Assembly: GCF_003334385.1 (NCBI RefSeq)
Contig: NZ_QOWN01000107.1
Origin: Escherichia coli
Lineage (GTDB): Bacteria > Pseudomonadota > Gammaproteobacteria > Enterobacterales > Enterobacteriaceae
Direction: 5' to 3' (one strand)
Length of the DNA: 1,828 nucleotides
Each line of letters starts with the position of its first letter. Within the stretch, counting starts at the first letter, position 1. Positions 1-1,828 of this stretch are shown here, in pieces. A model generated the notes under the pieces. The model was given only the letters and a program-made list of their open reading frames with translations, did no database searches and had not been told where the DNA came from. A program made the translations under genes and the position numbers.

Positions 1-77
1 GCAACCAGCATTAGTGAAAATGAAATACCGACAATCACACACAGGACCTTTGCCGGCGTTATGAGTTTGTCTGACAT
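1..77 (-). CDS. 5' fragment (25 codons) of a putative i-spanin (Rz-like); continues past the left edge of the window
   Basis: ATG at 77..75 is preceded by AAGGGG (88..83) with a 5-nt spacer. Translation is MSDKLITPAKVLCVIVGISFSLMLV: a short polar N-terminus followed by a hydrophobic helix, the type II anchor topology of lambda Rz. It is the last gene in a holin-endolysin series on the same strand. Only 25 aa are visible, so the call rests on position and topology. Confidence 0.45.
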   Translation of the reverse strand, partial: MSDKLITPAKVLCVIVGISFSLMLV

Positions 78-79
78 CT

Positions 80-175
80 TTACCCCTTGATAGCAGTAAT
101 TAACTGGGCAACCACCCATAAAAACGGAATCAGCCAGACCAGCAAAAATTTCCAGTCCATTTTTATCATCTTCAT
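80..175 (-). CDS. 31-aa hydrophobic micro-ORF, predicted single-pass membrane peptide, function unknown
   Basis: My hand translation is MKMIKMDWKFLLVWLIPFLWVVAQLITAIKG; the ORF is too short to appear in the supplied track. The ATG at 175..173 overlaps the antirepressor TGA at 174..172 (ATGA coupling). The TAA at 82..80 lies 2 nt before the next gene's ATG. A 20-residue apolar core (FLLVWLIPFLWVVAQLITAI) is flanked by Lys residues. In-frame alternative starts exist at 169 and 160. It exactly fills the gap between two genes, but no homology was recognised. Confidence 0.4.
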   Translation of the reverse strand: MKMIKMDWKFLLVWLIPFLWVVAQLITAIKG

Positions 176-867
176 GCTGCGGTAGCTCTCCATGCAGCAA
201 GCAGACCAGCAATCCACTCAACACCTTTTGGGGTGAATTTAACCTGCGTAAAAGCATGACCATTGCCCGCCTCGCCCGTTTTCACGCTAAACCGCCCCGC
301 ATCCAGGTGATGCGAGTAAGGCGTCATTTTTCCAGCGAGGCGATACATTATTCCGTTCTCCAACAAAAACAGCCGGAAATCGGTTTCTTTGATACCGAGT
401 AACTTAGCAACTTCCCGGAATCCCATCAGACCAGATGCTTCAACATAGTTATCAACAAATTCAGCCTTCGGCGCTGCTATTGCCAGTTGATTTTCCAGCA
501 CTGCTTTCTGTTCAGCCAGTTTTGCCGCAAATCGCAACGCCTCAGGTAAAGTCCGGGGGATCTGAATACCATGCATCGCTTTGAGTCTTGCCAGCACAGA
601 ACGACGAACGGCCTTTGACTCCCTCATGCCAACGAGCATCATCTGGTCAAAATCCAGATCATAGTATGCCGTTCTTGTCTGGTTATTGTTTAACCGGAAT
701 TTTTTTCCGGTTCCATCAAGCTCTAGCTCATCCTCAATTTTTGCAAGAAACTTACGCGGTTCATGAGGGACTTCTCCGGCTTCTGCCCGGGCTGGATTAA
801 TAATGTTATTCAGAAAATCCAGACTACTCATGGATATTTCATGATCGACAGAAATCATCTCTTTCAT
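172..867 (-). CDS. ant: Phage antirepressor, N-terminal Rha-like region plus C-terminal KilAC (ANT) domain, 231 aa
   Basis: Full ORF in the track. AAGGA (879..875) sits 7 nt upstream of the ATG at 867. The N-terminal half (KKFRLNNNQTRTAYYDLDFDQMMLVGMRESKAVRRSVLARL) resembles the phage Rha regulatory family. The C-terminal half (PRTLPEALRFAAKLAEQKAVLENQLAIAAPKAEFVDNYV...FREVAKLLGIKETDFRLFLLENGIMYR...TPYSHHLDAGRFSVK) matches the KilAC antirepressor domain pattern as I remember it. Confidence 0.88.
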   Translation of the reverse strand: MKEMISVDHEISMSSLDFLNNIINPARAEAGEVPHEPRKFLAKIEDELELDGTGKKFRLNNNQTRTAYYDLDFDQMMLVGMRESKAVRRSVLARLKAMHGIQIPRTLPEALRFAAKLAEQKAVLENQLAIAAPKAEFVDNYVEASGLMGFREVAKLLGIKETDFRLFLLENGIMYRLAGKMTPYSHHLDAGRFSVKTGEAGNGHAFTQVKFTPKGVEWIAGLLAAWRATAA

Positions 868-890
868 GGTTGATTCCTTTTAGTGATGAA

Positions 891-955
891 CCCTGCGCAC
901 AGGAATAACCAGCCCAAAGAGGGTTAACCAGACCACTGCCGGTTATCCACCAGGG
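891..955. repeat. Long imperfect inverted repeat (potential about 65-nt stem-loop) just upstream of the ant RBS
   Basis: CCCTG (891-895) pairs with CAGGG (951-955). GGA (902-904) pairs with TCC (946-948). TAACC (906-910) pairs with GGTTA (941-945), with one bulged A at 905. The interior contains the 8-bp palindrome GGTTAACC (922-929) and CCC/GGG (913-915 / 921-923). All pairings were read directly from the sequence; no energy was computed. Confidence 0.6.
906..934 (+). repeat. Direct repeat TAACCAGcCC / TAACCAGaCC (9/10 identical, 19 bp start to start)
   Basis: The copies are at 906-915 and 925-934. A third, inverted, 6/7 copy (the reverse complement of 940-946 reads TAACCGG) forms the opposite arm of the 891..955 inverted repeat. 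Confidence 0.7.
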
Positions 956-1001
956 CTCATCCTGAAAGGTTCTTTGGTTTATTTACGCTTGTGCGAAGCG
1001 C

Positions 1002-1031
1002 AGAAATGACAAAGGCACCATTACGGTGCCT
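1002..1031 (-). terminator. Candidate Rho-independent terminator/attenuator downstream of the endolysin gene
   Basis: The minus-strand RNA reads A-GGCACC-GUAAU-GGUGCC-U followed by UUGUCAUUUCU. That is a 6 GC-rich bp stem plus an A-U closing pair, a 5-nt loop and a U-rich tail interrupted by G, C and A. The stem is short. An outer helix CGCAGA (1036..1031) / UCUGCG (1004..999) could alternatively sequester the U-tract. Confidence 0.4.
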
Positions 1032-1104
1032 CTGCGTGAAATAATGTTCCTGACTTTATTCACTTACATTTTGCCAGCTCGCAGGATTTCGTGTTATCCG
1101 CCCG

Positions 1105-1116
1105 CGTTGGCCAACG
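1105..1116. repeat. Perfect 12-bp palindrome CGTTGGCCAACG
   Basis: Read directly: the sequence at 1105-1116 equals its own reverse complement. It lies 25 bp downstream of the endolysin stop in the non-coding spacer. On the plus strand it is followed by TCATTTTT. Confidence 0.9.
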
Positions 1117-1140
1117 TCATTTTTCAGCAAAATATTCTGC

Positions 1141-1674
1141 TTATCTGTCGATTCCCCAGCACGCCAGCGCGCTCTCCTGGTCTCGCCGGGATACCTGACC
1201 GTAACAGTTATTTGAGCGAATACGGCAGTCCCTGCCACCGTCCTTAATCCACCAGCGAATCGCCTCACATGCTCCCCTGCGATCACCAGCATTAATTCGT
1301 TTATAAAACGTCGACGGGAAACACTTACCGGGGCCAATGTTGTACGGACAGAATGACGCGATCCCCGCTTTCTGGGGTTCGGTCAGTGGCACCCGGATGT
1401 TTTTCTCCACCCATGCCAGCGCCTTATCACGCTCAATGGCATTAACCCGGTCGCATTTTTCCTTCGACAGCTTCATGCCAGGAATAACAGGCTTACCATC
1501 CACCCGGGTGGCTCCACGGCAGATGGTCCAGATACCCGCACCATCACGGTATGCTGTGGTGTGGTTGCCTTCTTTTTCATCCAGAAACTGGTCGAGAATG
1601 TCAGGCGCAGAAGCGCCAGCGGCAATCAGCGCCAGAACGGCAGCCGATAAACCATAGCGGAGTTTTCTGCTCAC
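1141..1674 (-). CDS. R: SAR (signal-anchor-release) endolysin, T4-lysozyme-like glycoside hydrolase family 24, 177 aa
   Basis: Full ORF in the track. The start is GTG at 1674..1672, with GGGGAG (1689..1684) 9 nt upstream and only 4 nt after the holin stop. The catalytic-triad spacing EGNHTTAYRDGAGIWT gives E35, D44 and T50, the same numbering as phage 21 R. The N-terminal stretch GLSAAVLALIAAGASAP is weakly hydrophobic and Gly/Ala/Ser-rich, as expected for a SAR domain. From memory the sequence looks near-identical to the endolysin of Stx-converting lambdoid phages. Confidence 0.92.
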   Translation of the reverse strand: MSRKLRYGLSAAVLALIAAGASAPDILDQFLDEKEGNHTTAYRDGAGIWTICRGATRVDGKPVIPGMKLSKEKCDRVNAIERDKALAWVEKNIRVPLTEPQKAGIASFCPYNIGPGKCFPSTFYKRINAGDRRGACEAIRWWIKDGGRDCRIRSNNCYGQVSRRDQESALACWGIDR

Positions 1675-1678
1675 CAGT

Positions 1679-1828
1679 TCATTCTCCCCGCGCCGCCTTA
1701 CGCCGGTCCTCTCTGATTTTGAAATACAGGTTAGTCAGATATGTCAGCAGCCCAAACAGCAGACTCCCCAGCACGCCTATTGCCGCCCACTGAGACGGGG
1801 AAACCCTGTCCAGCAACTGCAGGAACCA
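1679..1828 (-). CDS. S: 3' fragment (49 codons plus stop) of an S21-family class II holin (pinholin); N-terminus lies outside the window
   Basis: My hand translation from 1828 is [49 protein letters not shown], with TGA at 1681..1679. It closely matches my recollection of the phage 21 S TMD2 plus charged C-terminal tail (...[32 protein letters not shown]). It sits immediately upstream of a SAR endolysin, which is the canonical pairing. Confidence 0.85.
   Translation of the reverse strand, partial: WFLQLLDRVSPSQWAAIGVLGSLLFGLLTYLTNLYFKIREDRRKAARGE

Noticed and set aside
588-800. Plus-strand 70-aa ORF from the track
   Set aside because: It lies entirely antisense to the well-supported antirepressor CDS. 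I found no RBS for it, the composition is low-complexity and Pro/Leu/Gln-rich, and it has no recognisable domain. It is a typical shadow ORF.
981-1012. Possible sigma-70 promoter for ant on the minus strand: TTGTCA (1012..1007) with GTAAAT (986..981)
   Set aside because: The -35 match is 5/6, but the best -10-like hexamer is 4/6 at a 20-nt spacing, outside the functional 16-18 nt range. The -35-like hexamer is simply part of the terminator U-tract. No better candidate was seen between 868 and 1012.
942-1099. Repeated 7-mer GTTATCC at 942-948 and 1093-1099
   Set aside because: A single shared 7-mer within a region of about 270 bp is expected by chance. Each copy is already explained as the arm of a local hairpin.
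1094-1120. 8-codon mini-ORF on the minus strand (ATG 1120..1118; MTLANAGG*) in the spacer
   Set aside because: It has no upstream Shine-Dalgarno, is very short, and its sequence is dictated by the 12-bp palindrome. It could only be considered as a leader peptide if attenuation were shown experimentally.
1026-1247. Plus-strand 73-aa ORF spanning the spacer into the endolysin 3' end
   Set aside because: It is antisense to the endolysin over half its length. It starts inside the terminator-like hairpin with no Shine-Dalgarno. The Pro/Arg/Ser-rich translation is characteristic of the wrong frame.
1056-1337. Minus-strand 93-aa ORF overlapping the endolysin 3' end in another frame
   Set aside because: I considered it as an embedded gene analogous to Rz1 in Rz. 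The product is Arg-rich with no lipobox, TM segment or signal peptide, and no RBS precedes its ATG. The real embedded o-spanin would be expected inside the spanin gene, which lies outside this window.
1337-1793. Plus-strand ORFs 1337..1657 (106 aa) and 1551..1793 (80 aa)
   Set aside because: Both are antisense to the endolysin and holin genes, whose identities are strongly supported by catalytic motifs and family resemblance. The translations are Ser/Pro/Arg-rich shadow products.
1-1828. Searched for CRISPR repeats, tRNA/tmRNA-like cloverleafs, IS terminal inverted repeats and att-like sites
   Set aside because: I saw no regularly spaced repeats, no acceptor-stem/T-loop pattern and no transposase or integrase frame. 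The only repeats are the short spacer elements listed above.

Overview
All convincing genes lie on the minus strand and form the lysis region of a lambdoid prophage of Enterobacteriaceae. From memory it resembles the phage 21 / Stx-converting phage type; no search was run. In transcription order (right to left): the 3' end of an S21-family pinholin (1828..1679); a GTG-initiated 177-aa SAR-type GH24 endolysin 4 nt downstream (1674..1141); a 273-bp non-coding spacer dense in hairpins and palindromes (1140..868) that includes a terminator-like stem-loop; a 231-aa Rha/KilAC antirepressor (867..172); a 31-aa single-transmembrane micro-ORF whose ATG overlaps the antirepressor stop (175..80); and the first 25 codons of a membrane-anchored, probably Rz-like i-spanin (77..1). 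I see no tRNA, rRNA, CRISPR array, IS end or integrase. I cannot support a wholly new system. An antirepressor sitting between endolysin and spanin is, as I recall, already annotated in E. coli O157 prophages. The parts standard annotation leaves unexplained are the micro-ORF, the structured spacer (possible attenuator, leader or small RNA) and why an antirepressor is wired into the late lysis operon. All plus-strand ORFs in the track look like antisense shadows.
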